A DNA stretch of 51,192 bases, taken from contig CAYRHS010000001.1 in the NCBI GenBank assembly GCA_964424125.1, forward strand, positions 1-51,192. The letters run 5' to 3'. The DNA is from an uncultured Burkholderiales bacterium (lineage in GTDB: Bacteria > Actinomycetota > Acidimicrobiia > IMCC26256 > JAOSJL01). The translations under genes were made by a program, and so were the position numbers. The notes below the pieces were generated by a model. It did no database searches. It had not been told where the DNA came from and saw only the letters and a list, made by a program, of their open reading frames with translations. Shown here in pieces: positions 24,493 to 33,522 of the stretch (positions are counted from its first letter, which is position 1; every line of letters starts with the position of its first letter).

Positions 24493-25685
24493 ACCCCATC
24501 GACCTTCTCGACCCGCAGCATCTCGAGGATCCCTACCGCACCTACGCCCGGCTGCGGTCGGACGGGCCGGTCGTGGATCTGGGCGACGAACGGTTCCTCG
24601 TCGCCGACCACGCGACGGTCACCGCCGTGTTGCGTGATCACGAGACGTACTCGTCCGAGTCGACCGGAGCCGACCGCGACTTCTTCGTGCCGGAGAAGCC
24701 TGCGGCGACGGTCTCGCTCGGCTCGGGCGAGGATTTCCGACTGCTCATCCGCTCCGATCCACCCGACCACACGAGGCTCCGCCAGCTCGTGCGAGGTCCG
24801 TTCACGCCGTCGGCCATCGCGAGGTTGGAGCCACGTGTTCGGGCCATCGCGCACGCCTGCGTCGACGACCTGATGACCCAAGACCTCGACGGGAACGCCG
24901 ATTTCGTCCGCCAGGTGGCCTTCCCACTTCCGGTCATCGTCATCGCCGAGCTGCTCGGAATCCCTCCGGAGCGCCGCTCCGACTTCAAGCGCTGGTCCGA
25001 CAACCTTGCGCTGTCGGTGGCCTCGACCAACGACCCGAGTCTCCAGGTCGCGGCCGAGATGTTCGAGTTCTTCGATCAACTCGTGGCCGAGCGACGCGGC
25101 CGCCCTGGGGAGGATCTCGTGAGCCGTCTCCTGACGGACGCGAGCGGCGAGCTCACCACGGTCGAGATCGTCGTCTTCTGCGAGCTGCTCCTCATCGCAG
25201 GCAACGAAACGACGACGAACCTCCTGGGGAGCTGGGTACAAGCCTGCTTCGACCATCCCGAAGCCGCCGCCGCGCTCCGGGCCGATCGCGATCTCGCGCC
25301 CTCGGCCATCGAGGAGGCGTTGCGCTACGACTCGCCGGTGCAGGGGACTCTCCGGCGCGCAACCCGCGACACAGAGTTGGGTGAGATGCCGATCTCCAGG
25401 GGCGCCCGCCTGCTCGTTCTCCTCGGGGCTGCGAACCGCGACCCGGCCGTGTTCCCGGAGCCCGACCGCTTCGATCCGCGGCGGAATCCAACCGAGCATG
25501 TCGCCTTCGGCTCGGGTATCCACTTCTGCCTCGGTGCCGGGCTCTCCCGGCTCGAGGCCCGCGTGCTCGCCGACGTCGCAAGAACGAAGGTCCGGAGCCT
25601 TCGGCCGAGCGGACCGCCCACGCGCACCGGCTCCGCGTTGGTGCGTGGCTTCCAGTCGATGCCTGTAAGGGTGGAACCGGCGTGA
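24489..25685 (+). CDS. cytochrome P450 (tandem paralog)
   Basis: GTG 24489 overlaps the TGA of the first P450 (GTGA). AGNETT, EEALRY, FGSGIHFCLG. N-termini of the two are clearly homologous. Confidence 0.9.
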   Translation: MNPIDLLDPQHLEDPYRTYARLRSDGPVVDLGDERFLVADHATVTAVLRDHETYSSESTGADRDFFVPEKPAATVSLGSGEDFRLLIRSDPPDHTRLRQLVRGPFTPSAIARLEPRVRAIAHACVDDLMTQDLDGNADFVRQVAFPLPVIVIAELLGIPPERRSDFKRWSDNLALSVASTNDPSLQVAAEMFEFFDQLVAERRGRPGEDLVSRLLTDASGELTTVEIVVFCELLLIAGNETTTNLLGSWVQACFDHPEAAAALRADRDLAPSAIEEALRYDSPVQGTLRRATRDTELGEMPISRGARLLVLLGAANRDPAVFPEPDRFDPRRNPTEHVAFGSGIHFCLGAGLSRLEARVLADVARTKVRSLRPSGPPTRTGSALVRGFQSMPVRVEPA

Positions 25686-25698
25686 ACGCCGCCACCGC

Positions 25699-27060
25699 TC
25701 AATCCGGAAGCAGGACCCCCGGGTTGAGGATCCCGGCCGGGTCGAGCGCGTCCTTCACCGCCCGGAACACCGCGAGCTCCTCGGCCGAACGGTTCTCGGG
25801 GAGCAGCTCCCGTTTGGCGATGCCGATGCCGTGTTCGGCCGAGATGCTTCCCCCCATGGCGGCCGCCAGCTCGAGCACGCTCTCGTCGACGCGGTCGTCG
25901 TGCGCGGCGGGACCGACCACGTTCACGTGGAGGTTCCCGTCGCCGAGATGCCCGAAGAGCACACAGCGCGCCTCCGGCACGATTTCTGCGACGACCGCGC
26001 GGACCTGCTGTTCGAAGTCGACCAGCATCGAAGCCGGGAGCGTGACGTCGAGCTTGTGGGGGATGCCGAGCGTCGCGATCGCCTCGGTGTGCAGGTCGCG
26101 CAGCCGCCAGAGCCGATCACGCCCTGCCGGCTCCGTGGCGACGGCACTCGCGGTCACGACGTCGGTGAGCCCGGACAGCGCGTCGGTGAGCTCCTCGGAA
26201 GGGTCACGGGGCCCGGCAGCCTCCGCGAGCACGAGCACCGCGGGAAGCGGGTCGAACGGGGTCGGGACCTCGAAGGTCTCGGCGACGAGGCGCACACCGT
26301 CGGCAAACATCACCTCGAGCGCTTCCAGCGACGGCGTCGTCCGGTGGAGACGAGCGGCGACGTCGACCGCGGCCGCAAAGGAGTCGCATCCCAGCAGCGC
26401 GGTGACGCGGTGCCTCGGGCGGGGAATCAAGCGGAGCCGTACCGCGGTCACGACCGCGAGCGTCCCTTCGCTCCCCGTGAGCAGCCCGGGGAGGTCGTAC
26501 CCGGTGTTGTCCTTCGTCAGCCCCCGCAGGGACCGCACGACCCGCCCGTCCGCGAGCACTGCCTCCACCCCGACGACCTGGTGGCGCATCGGTCCGTACC
26601 GGATGACGTGCATGCCACCGGCGTTGGTCGCCACCATCCCGCCGATCGTCGCCGAGTCACGTGCCGAGAGGTCGACACCCACATCGAGACCATGTGGGCG
26701 CACGTGCTCGCGCACCGCGGCGAGCGTCGCACCCGCCCCGACGGTCACCTGGTCGGCCGCGGTGTCGACGGGGCCGACCTCGTCGAGCTCGCGCAGGCTC
26801 AGGAGGACCTCGCCGGCTCGGGGCACCGAGCCGCCGACCAACCCCGTGTTCCCTCCCTGGGGAACGACGGACACGCGGCGCTCCGAGCACCACCGCAGCG
26901 TCGCCGCGACCTCGTCGGGCGAACGCGGCCGGACGACGGCCGGCGTCGTCCCCTCGTAGCGACCCGTCCAGTCGACGACATACGAACGCGTCACCTCCGG
27001 ATCGACGAGCACTCGGCCCGCACCGAGCGCTCTGGTGAGCCCTGCAGCGATCTCGGTCAT
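25699..27060 (-). CDS. FAD-binding oxidase/dehydrogenase (GlcD / FAD_binding_4 type)
   Basis: Trimmed to ATG 27060. VVPQGGNTGLVGGSVP FAD-binding block. C-terminal SISAEHGIGIAKR. Confidence 0.85.
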   Translation of the reverse strand: MTEIAAGLTRALGAGRVLVDPEVTRSYVVDWTGRYEGTTPAVVRPRSPDEVAATLRWCSERRVSVVPQGGNTGLVGGSVPRAGEVLLSLRELDEVGPVDTAADQVTVGAGATLAAVREHVRPHGLDVGVDLSARDSATIGGMVATNAGGMHVIRYGPMRHQVVGVEAVLADGRVVRSLRGLTKDNTGYDLPGLLTGSEGTLAVVTAVRLRLIPRPRHRVTALLGCDSFAAAVDVAARLHRTTPSLEALEVMFADGVRLVAETFEVPTPFDPLPAVLVLAEAAGPRDPSEELTDALSGLTDVVTASAVATEPAGRDRLWRLRDLHTEAIATLGIPHKLDVTLPASMLVDFEQQVRAVVAEIVPEARCVLFGHLGDGNLHVNVVGPAAHDDRVDESVLELAAAMGGSISAEHGIGIAKRELLPENRSAEELAVFRAVKDALDPAGILNPGVLLPD

Positions 27061-27217
27061 CTCCGTCACGCTCTGATCGTCGCGCGGAGCGCCCCGACGG
27101 CCCGTCTCCGATACGCTGGCGCAGGTCCGCTCCGAACGCCCCTCCCCGCCGCGCGGCGGTCGGCTCGCCCGGCCGCGGGACAACCCGCTGTGGCCGTTCG
27201 GACTCCTGCCCGCAGTC

Positions 27218-28501
27218 GTGCTCGTCCTCGTGAACTTCATCGACGGGGCCGAGACCTTCGTCCTCCCGGGCACGTTGTCCCTGCTCCAGGACGACTTCGG
27301 CTTCAGCGACACCTGGGCCGGGAGCCTCGCCACGGCGGCCGCCATCGCGGGGCTGGTCGTCGTGATCCCCGCCGGCTACCTCGCCGACCACTTCCGGCGC
27401 ACCCGGGTGCTGGGGATCGTCGTGACCTTGTGGTCCGCGCTCAGCATCCTCTCCGCCGGCGCGCTCGCCTTCTGGATGTTCTTCGCCGCCCGGTTCGGCA
27501 TGGGCGCCGCCAACAGCCTCGACAACCCGCCGGCCTCGTCGCTGCTCGCGGACTACTACCCGCCCATCTCCCGCGGCCGGATCTTCGCCGCCCAGCGCGT
27601 TGCCTGGTCCCTGGGCGTGGGCGTGGGCGTCGCCGTCGGGGGTGCGGTGGGCGAGGCGCTGGGCTGGCGGTCCGCCTACCTCGTGTTCGCGGGCCCGGGC
27701 CTCTGCGTCGCGCTCCTCGCCTGGCTGCTCCCCGAACCGGTCCGCGGGCAGTTCGACCACGTCCGACAGTCCCCGTCGACCGAGGCCGCGCACAGAAGCG
27801 AGGAGCTGCTCGTCGAGATGGAGACCGAAGCCGCGCCGCCCACCGGCATCCGGGAGTTCCTCGGCGAGGTCGGGGCCCTAGCCCGGATCCCCACCGCCCG
27901 TCACTTCTACATCGGGCTGGCCATCACGTTCGCGGGCTTCAACGGTCTGGCCTTCTGGGCCCCGAGCTTCTTCGAGCGCGAGCACGGACTCAGCGAGGCG
28001 GCCGCCGGCGCCATCACCGGAGGGCTCGTGCTCTTCGTCGCGCTCGGGGGCGCGCTGCTCGGCGGTGCCCTCGGGGACCGGGCCGCCGACTCCGCGAGCG
28101 GAGGACGGGCTCGCATCGTCGGGGTCACCCTCGCGGTCGGGTCGGCGGTCGCGGGCGTGGGGTTCCTCGTCGACCCGCTCGGTCCGATGCTGGTCCTGTT
28201 CGCGATCGGCGCGTTCGTGATCTCGATGGCGATCCCCAACTTCGCGGCCGTGATCGCCGAGGTGATCCCCGCGCGCCGGCGCGGCGCGGGGTTCTCGATC
28301 TACTACTTCCTGACGCTGCTCGGCGGCGCGCTCGGCCCACTGCTCATCGGCGCCGTCTCCGATCTGACGGGCTCGCTCCAGATCGCGATGGCCGTCGCGT
28401 TCCTCCCCGCAATCCCCGGCGGCTGGTACGTCTATTCGGCCCATGGCACCCTCGAGCAGGATGCGCAGGCCGCGCTCGGGTTCCCGGGGCCTCCCGGCTG
28501 A
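27218..28501 (+). CDS. MFS transporter
   Basis: 427 aa with about 12 hydrophobic segments. The start is uncertain (see finding). Confidence 0.8.
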   Translation: MLVLVNFIDGAETFVLPGTLSLLQDDFGFSDTWAGSLATAAAIAGLVVVIPAGYLADHFRRTRVLGIVVTLWSALSILSAGALAFWMFFAARFGMGAANSLDNPPASSLLADYYPPISRGRIFAAQRVAWSLGVGVGVAVGGAVGEALGWRSAYLVFAGPGLCVALLAWLLPEPVRGQFDHVRQSPSTEAAHRSEELLVEMETEAAPPTGIREFLGEVGALARIPTARHFYIGLAITFAGFNGLAFWAPSFFEREHGLSEAAAGAITGGLVLFVALGGALLGGALGDRAADSASGGRARIVGVTLAVGSAVAGVGFLVDPLGPMLVLFAIGAFVISMAIPNFAAVIAEVIPARRRGAGFSIYYFLTLLGGALGPLLIGAVSDLTGSLQIAMAVAFLPAIPGGWYVYSAHGTLEQDAQAALGFPGPPG

Positions 28502-28587
28502 TCGTCCCCCCGGAACCGAGCGGTCGCGTCTCCCCGTCACGAGCGCGACCGAGCATCCGGCACCCAAGGACTCGCCTTCCGGACCTT

Positions 28588-29460
28588 CTATCGGGACGAC
28601 TCGGGGTGGAGGGTCGAAGCCAGCCTCGCAGGAAGCTCGGCGTGCTTGGATCCGGTCCACACCGGCGTTCGATTCTCCAACATTGCCGTCACGGCCTCGG
28701 CCGTGTCGGGTTGCGATCCAGCCCACGGGATCATGCTCGCCTCCTCCGCCATTGCACGATCCCGGTCTGGCATCTCGAGGAACCGGTAGAGGAGGTGCTT
28801 GGTCGCTGCGACCGCGTGCGGCGCCGTGTTCAGCGCGATGTCTCTTGCGCAGTCCAGTGCCGCGGGAAGCACCTCGTCAGCCGGCAGGGCTTCGGAGACC
28901 AGGCCGATCTCTGCCGCCTCACGGCCGCTGAACCATCGTCCCGAGATCAGCAGCTGCGCAGCTCTCGTCATGCCCACGAGCCTGGGCAGGAGCCAGGTCA
29001 CGTTCCCCTCCGGAGTCATACCGACACGGGTGAAAGGAAAACGGAGCTTGGCATCCGCGGCCGCGAAGCGGATGTCGGTGAGGAGGGCGAGCGTGAGGCC
29101 GCCCCCCACCGCGGCGCCATTGATCGCCGCGACCACCGGCGTGCGCAGCTTCCAAAGGGCGAACGACTCGAGGAACGAGTCGCGAACCTGTGCGCCGCCG
29201 TCGTCGGTCACGCCGTAGTCGTCAAGGCTCTGCGCACCGAACGCGTCGGCTCCTTCCGAGATGTCTGCGCCGGCACAAAATGCCGTTCCCGCGCCCGTGA
29301 GCACGATTGCCCGCACGAGATCGTCAGCTTCGAGGCCCCAAAGAGCCTTCGGCAGGTCCCGGCTCATCCGCAAGTCGAACGCGTTGCGCGCATCAGGACG
29401 ATTCAGGGTGACGGTCGCCACACCGTCGTCGACGTGAACCAGGACGGTGTCGGATGTCAT
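28588..29460 (-). CDS. enoyl-CoA hydratase/isomerase family protein (long-tail subtype)
   Basis: Trimmed to ATG 29460. VATVTLNRPDARNAF, TGAGTAFCAGAD, INGAAVGGG. The tail W.GSKH.ELP is shared with 41323-42183. Confidence 0.85.
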   Translation of the reverse strand: MTSDTVLVHVDDGVATVTLNRPDARNAFDLRMSRDLPKALWGLEADDLVRAIVLTGAGTAFCAGADISEGADAFGAQSLDDYGVTDDGGAQVRDSFLESFALWKLRTPVVAAINGAAVGGGLTLALLTDIRFAAADAKLRFPFTRVGMTPEGNVTWLLPRLVGMTRAAQLLISGRWFSGREAAEIGLVSEALPADEVLPAALDCARDIALNTAPHAVAATKHLLYRFLEMPDRDRAMAEEASMIPWAGSQPDTAEAVTAMLENRTPVWTGSKHAELPARLASTLHPESSR

Positions 29461-29535
29461 GGCTCCTCCGGTTCTTGACTCGTAGTTCGCCCCGAGCCAG
29501 CACTGCATGTTGCCCTCATCGAGGGCCGCGTCGTC

Positions 29536-30333
29536 TCAGCGACCCTTGAACACAGGCTCGCGTTTCTCCGCGAACGCTCTCGCCGCCTCTTGGTGGTCCT
29601 CAGTAGCGAACAGAGAGCCGTGGGCCTTGTGCACGAAGAGCGCGAGCTCCTCGAGTTCCCCGTAGGTCGCCCCGATGCTTCTCCGGAGAGCCTCCTTGGT
29701 GTAGGTGACACCGAGAGGAGGATTCGCAGCAATCTTCTCGGCGAGCCTCCGCGCTGCGGGCAGCAGGTCATCGGGGGGAAGCACTCGTGAAACCAGTCCG
29801 ATTCGCTCGGCCTCCGCGGCATCGATCGACTCTCCGGTCAGTAGCAGTTCCGCCGCCTTGGCCGGTCCGAGCATTCGGGGCAGACGCCAGAACGTGCTCA
29901 CGCCACCGATCACACCGAACTGGATGTACTTCGCGCTCACCTTGACGCGGTTCGTGGCGATCAGCATGTCGCACCAGCAAGCCAGCTCGACACCCAAACC
30001 CAGGCAGTATCCGTCGAGAGCACCGATGAGGGGCTTGTCGAAGTCGACCATGAGATTGCGATCCAGCCTCGGGCGGAGCCTGCGGTAGTTCGCCATGAGC
30101 TCCTCGAATCGGTCTCCTGCCCAGGCTTGCTCGATGTCGTCACCGCCGCAGAAGTTTCCGCCGGCGCCAGTCAGGATCACGCAACGCACCGTGGCGTCGC
30201 TTCCTGCCGCGTCGAAGGCTGCCATGAGCTCGTCGTTCATCTCGTAGTTGATCGCGTTCAGCTTCTCCGGCCGATTCAGGGTGATCGTCGCGATGTGGTC
30301 GGACACCTCGTACCCGACTGTGGTGGGCCTCAT
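29536..30333 (-). CDS. enoyl-CoA hydratase/isomerase family protein
   Basis: 265 aa. IATITLNRPEKLNAI, TGAGGNFCGGDD. C-terminal EDHQEAARAFAEKREPVF. Confidence 0.9.
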   Translation of the reverse strand: MRPTTVGYEVSDHIATITLNRPEKLNAINYEMNDELMAAFDAAGSDATVRCVILTGAGGNFCGGDDIEQAWAGDRFEELMANYRRLRPRLDRNLMVDFDKPLIGALDGYCLGLGVELACWCDMLIATNRVKVSAKYIQFGVIGGVSTFWRLPRMLGPAKAAELLLTGESIDAAEAERIGLVSRVLPPDDLLPAARRLAEKIAANPPLGVTYTKEALRRSIGATYGELEELALFVHKAHGSLFATEDHQEAARAFAEKREPVFKGR

Positions 30334-30649
30334 GAACCTCTACCTCCTCGGCCTGACGGTGGGGCTCCCCATGGATCCCGCACAGTGTCAACCTCGTGAT
30401 GTCTTCGCCGCCTCGACTTTGGGGCGCCCATCGCCCGACCCCACATCTGCGACCGACGTCACCTCGCGACCGCGAGAGGCGCCGCCTCGGTGGCGTCCAC
30501 CGGCGGGACGGAACAGCGGTGCGGATATGCGGTAGGTCCCCGACGAGCTCGACGAATCGAACAGATGGACAAGCCCCGATGTCGAGCCTGTCGAGCTCGT
30601 TGCGGGTTGCGAGGACTGCCGGCGCTTTGACCTCAGAAGTTCGCCGTAA

Positions 30650-30666
30650 GCTAACGATCGTTCACA
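30650..30666 (-). promoter_or_regulatory. operator-like motif copy 3 (TGTGAACGATCGTTAGC on the minus strand)
   Basis: Lies in the 416-bp divergent gap, 84 nt upstream of the acyl-CoA synthetase start. The core AACGATCGTT is a perfect palindrome. Confidence 0.5.
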
Positions 30667-30749
30667 TCACTGTCAACATGGAGTCGAGATCGCGGCGGGG
30701 CCGAGAACGGATGCCCGCCGTGTGACGTGAGAGCCGCCGAGGGGGAGTC

Positions 30750-32303
30750 GTGTGGCCGGGACCGCTCGCTGAGAAACATCCCGACAAGCCAGCTGTGATC
30801 ATGGCGGGAAGTGGTGACGTCGTCACCTACCGCCAGCTCGACGATCGCTCCAACCAGCTCGCCCAGCTCCTGGCCGAGACCGGGCTCGGCTTCGGCGACC
30901 ACGCGGCGTTCTTGATGGAGAACAACGATCGGTTCCACGAGGTCTCTTGGGCAGCCCAGCGCTCGGGCCTCTACTACACCCCCATCAACACGCACTTCAC
31001 CGCCGAGGAGGCTGCCTACATCATCGACGACTGTGACGCCCGGGCGCTGATCGTCTCCAACGCCCAGCGGCAGGTCGCCGCCGCGCTGCTCGACCTCCTC
31101 CCGGACCTTGTCGAGACCCGCCTCATCGTCGGCGGCACGCTGGAGGGCTACGCGCCCTACGAGGACGCGATCGCCCGCCAGCCCGCCGAGCCGATCGCCG
31201 AGGAGCTCGAAGGTCACGCCATGCTCTACTCGTCGGGCACCACCGGCAAGCCCAAGGGCGTCAAGTACGGACTCGAGCGCACACCGATCGGGAACACGCC
31301 CGGGATGATCGAGGCCTTCCGGATCCTCTACGGCTTCGACGAGAGCTGCGTGTACCTGTCCCCCGCCCCCCTCTACCACTCGGCTCCGCTCCAGTTCACG
31401 ATGCTGACGCTACGGCTGGGCGCCACCGTGGTGGTGATGGAGCACTTCGACCCGGTGCTGGCGCTCGAGCACATCGAGAAGTACCGCGTCACTCACAGTC
31501 AATGGGTACCGACGATGTTCGTGAGAATGCTCAAGCTGCCGGAGGAGCAGCGGGCCGGCTACGACCTCTCGTCGCACAAGCACGCGATCCACGGCGCCGC
31601 CCCGTGCCCGGTCCCGGTGAAGGAGCAGATGATCGAGTGGTGGGGTCCGATCATCCACGAGTACTACGGCGCGACCGAGGGGATCGGCGCCACCTTCATC
31701 TCCAGCGAGGAGTGGCTTGCCCACAAGGGCTCGGTCGGCAAGTCGGCCCTGGGCCCTCTCCACGTGCTCGACGACGACGGCAACGAGCTCCCGCCCGGAG
31801 AGGTGGGCGTGGTGTGGTTCGAGGGCGACACCACCCCGGTCTCGTTCGAGTACCACAAGGACGAGGAGAAGACCCGAGGCGCCCACAACGAGAAGGGTTG
31901 GGCGACGACCTTCGACGTGGGATACCTCGACGGGGACGGCTACCTCTACTTGACCGACCGCAAGAACTTCATGGTCATCTCGGGTGGGGTGAACATCTAC
32001 CCGCAAGAGGCCGAGAACCTCCTCGTCACCCATCCCAAGGTCATGGACGCGGCCGTCTTCGGCATTCCCAACGAGGAGATGGGCGAGGAGGTCAAGGCGG
32101 TCGTGCAGCCGCTGAACGTGAGCGACGCCGGTCCCGAGCTGGAGCGAGAGCTCAGCGCCTTCTGCCGCGAGCACCTCGCCCACTTCAAGTGCCCCCGGTC
32201 GATCGACTTCGAAGCCGAGCTGCCCCGCGACGACACGGGCAAGCTCTTCAAGCGGCTGCTCAGGGACCGCTACTGGGCCAACCAATCGTCGCGGATCGTC
32301 TGA
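30750..32303 (+). CDS. acyl-CoA synthetase (AMP-forming)
   Basis: 517 aa. GGGGGAG upstream of the GTG. YSSGTTGKPKGV, YGATEG, GYLDGDGYLYLTDRK. Confidence 0.9.
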   Translation: MWPGPLAEKHPDKPAVIMAGSGDVVTYRQLDDRSNQLAQLLAETGLGFGDHAAFLMENNDRFHEVSWAAQRSGLYYTPINTHFTAEEAAYIIDDCDARALIVSNAQRQVAAALLDLLPDLVETRLIVGGTLEGYAPYEDAIARQPAEPIAEELEGHAMLYSSGTTGKPKGVKYGLERTPIGNTPGMIEAFRILYGFDESCVYLSPAPLYHSAPLQFTMLTLRLGATVVVMEHFDPVLALEHIEKYRVTHSQWVPTMFVRMLKLPEEQRAGYDLSSHKHAIHGAAPCPVPVKEQMIEWWGPIIHEYYGATEGIGATFISSEEWLAHKGSVGKSALGPLHVLDDDGNELPPGEVGVVWFEGDTTPVSFEYHKDEEKTRGAHNEKGWATTFDVGYLDGDGYLYLTDRKNFMVISGGVNIYPQEAENLLVTHPKVMDAAVFGIPNEEMGEEVKAVVQPLNVSDAGPELERELSAFCREHLAHFKCPRSIDFEAELPRDDTGKLFKRLLRDRYWANQSSRIV

Positions 32304-32331
32304 TGCCGATCCCGGTCGAACAGCTGAAGGA

Positions 32332-33519
32332 CTAGGCCGGCTCCGAGCCCACGATCGAGACGAAGCTGACGCACTCGCCCGGTGCACCGCCGAGATTGTG
32401 GGTGAGGCCGAGCTTCTTGCCGCTGGTGATCTGGCGCTCCCCGGCCTCGTCCCGGAGCTGGAGCCAGCACTCGAAGAGCATCCGCAGCCCGGACGCACCG
32501 ATCGGGTGACCGAAGCTCTTCAGCCCGCCGTCGGGGTTCACCGCGAGCTCGCCGTCGAGGTCGAAGGTGCCGGCGAGCACCTCTTTCCACGCCGTGCCGC
32601 GCTCGGCGAAGCCGAGGTCCTCCATGAGCACGAGCTCGGTCGGGGTGAAGCAGTCGTGCACCTCGGCGAGCGCCAGTTCTGCACGCGGATCGTCGACACC
32701 CGCCTGCGTGTACGCGTCCTGTGACGAGCGCACGACCTCCTCGAACGTCGTGTAGTCGTAGTCGGGGTCGATCGGGCCGTCGGCGGGGCCGGCGACGAAG
32801 GAGAGCGCCTTCACGTAGATCGGGTGATCGGTGTACCGGTGGGCGTCCTCGGCCCGCACGATCACCGCCGCCGCCGAACCGTCGCTCACGCCGGAACAGT
32901 CGAAGATGCCGAGCTGGCCCGCGATGAGCGGCGAGTTGCAGATCACGTCCTTGGGGATCTCGCGCTGGAACTGCGCCCTCGGGTTGAGGGCACCGTTCTT
33001 GTGGTTCTTCCAGGCGATGCGCGTGAGGACGTCCTTCATCTCGGCCTCGTCGACGCCGTACTTCTTGCGGTAGGCGGGCGCGAGCAGGCTGAACATCGCA
33101 GGCGCGGTCAGCTCGACCTGTGTGCCGTCACTGGGCGGAGGCGTCATCGTCAACCCCGAGAAGCCCGAGTCCTTCAGCTTCTCGACGCCGACGGCCATGA
33201 CGGTGTCGTAGGCGCCCGACGCGACCGCGTAGCAGGCGTTCCGGAACGCCTCCGAGCCCGTGGCGCACATGTTCTCGAGCCGGCTCACCGGCTTGTAGTC
33301 CAGGTGCAGAGGGCGCGACAGCGTCAGCCCGCTGATGCCCGAACCCATCGTCCCGAGCCAGTAGGCGTCGATGTCGTCGGCCGAGACGCCTGCGGAGTCC
33401 ATCGCCTCGACCGTGGAGTCGGTGACGAGGTCGTCGACGCCCTTGTCCCAGTGCTCGCCGAAGGGCGTACAGCCCATCCCCACGATCGCCACTCGGTCGC
33501 GGATCCCATGCGATGCCAT
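32332..33519 (-). CDS. SCP-x / lipid-transfer-protein type thiolase
   Basis: 395 aa. VAIVGMGCTPFG start, nucleophile block ENMCATGSEA, C-terminal HNLGGAPGECV. Confidence 0.85.
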   Translation of the reverse strand: MASHGIRDRVAIVGMGCTPFGEHWDKGVDDLVTDSTVEAMDSAGVSADDIDAYWLGTMGSGISGLTLSRPLHLDYKPVSRLENMCATGSEAFRNACYAVASGAYDTVMAVGVEKLKDSGFSGLTMTPPPSDGTQVELTAPAMFSLLAPAYRKKYGVDEAEMKDVLTRIAWKNHKNGALNPRAQFQREIPKDVICNSPLIAGQLGIFDCSGVSDGSAAAVIVRAEDAHRYTDHPIYVKALSFVAGPADGPIDPDYDYTTFEEVVRSSQDAYTQAGVDDPRAELALAEVHDCFTPTELVLMEDLGFAERGTAWKEVLAGTFDLDGELAVNPDGGLKSFGHPIGASGLRMLFECWLQLRDEAGERQITSGKKLGLTHNLGGAPGECVSFVSIVGSEPA

Positions 33520-33522
33520 CGT

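Noticed and set aside
28523-28551. Hairpin GGTCGCG...CGCGACC between the convergent MFS and ECH genes, considered as a terminator
   Set aside because: It has no U-tract on either strand. GC-rich hairpins of this size occur by chance throughout the window.
25831-29478. 1215-aa plus-strand ORF, the longest in the window
   Set aside because: It runs antisense or out of frame through the FAD oxidase, MFS and ECH genes, each of which has clear family motifs. It contains more than 20% Arg and no domain-like segments.
30396-30725. 109-aa ORF in the ECH / acyl-CoA synthetase divergent gap, considered as a possible small regulator
   Set aside because: It has Ser/Arg/Pro-rich composition, no helix-turn-helix or other motif, and no SD. 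The gap more likely holds promoters plus the operator-like motif.
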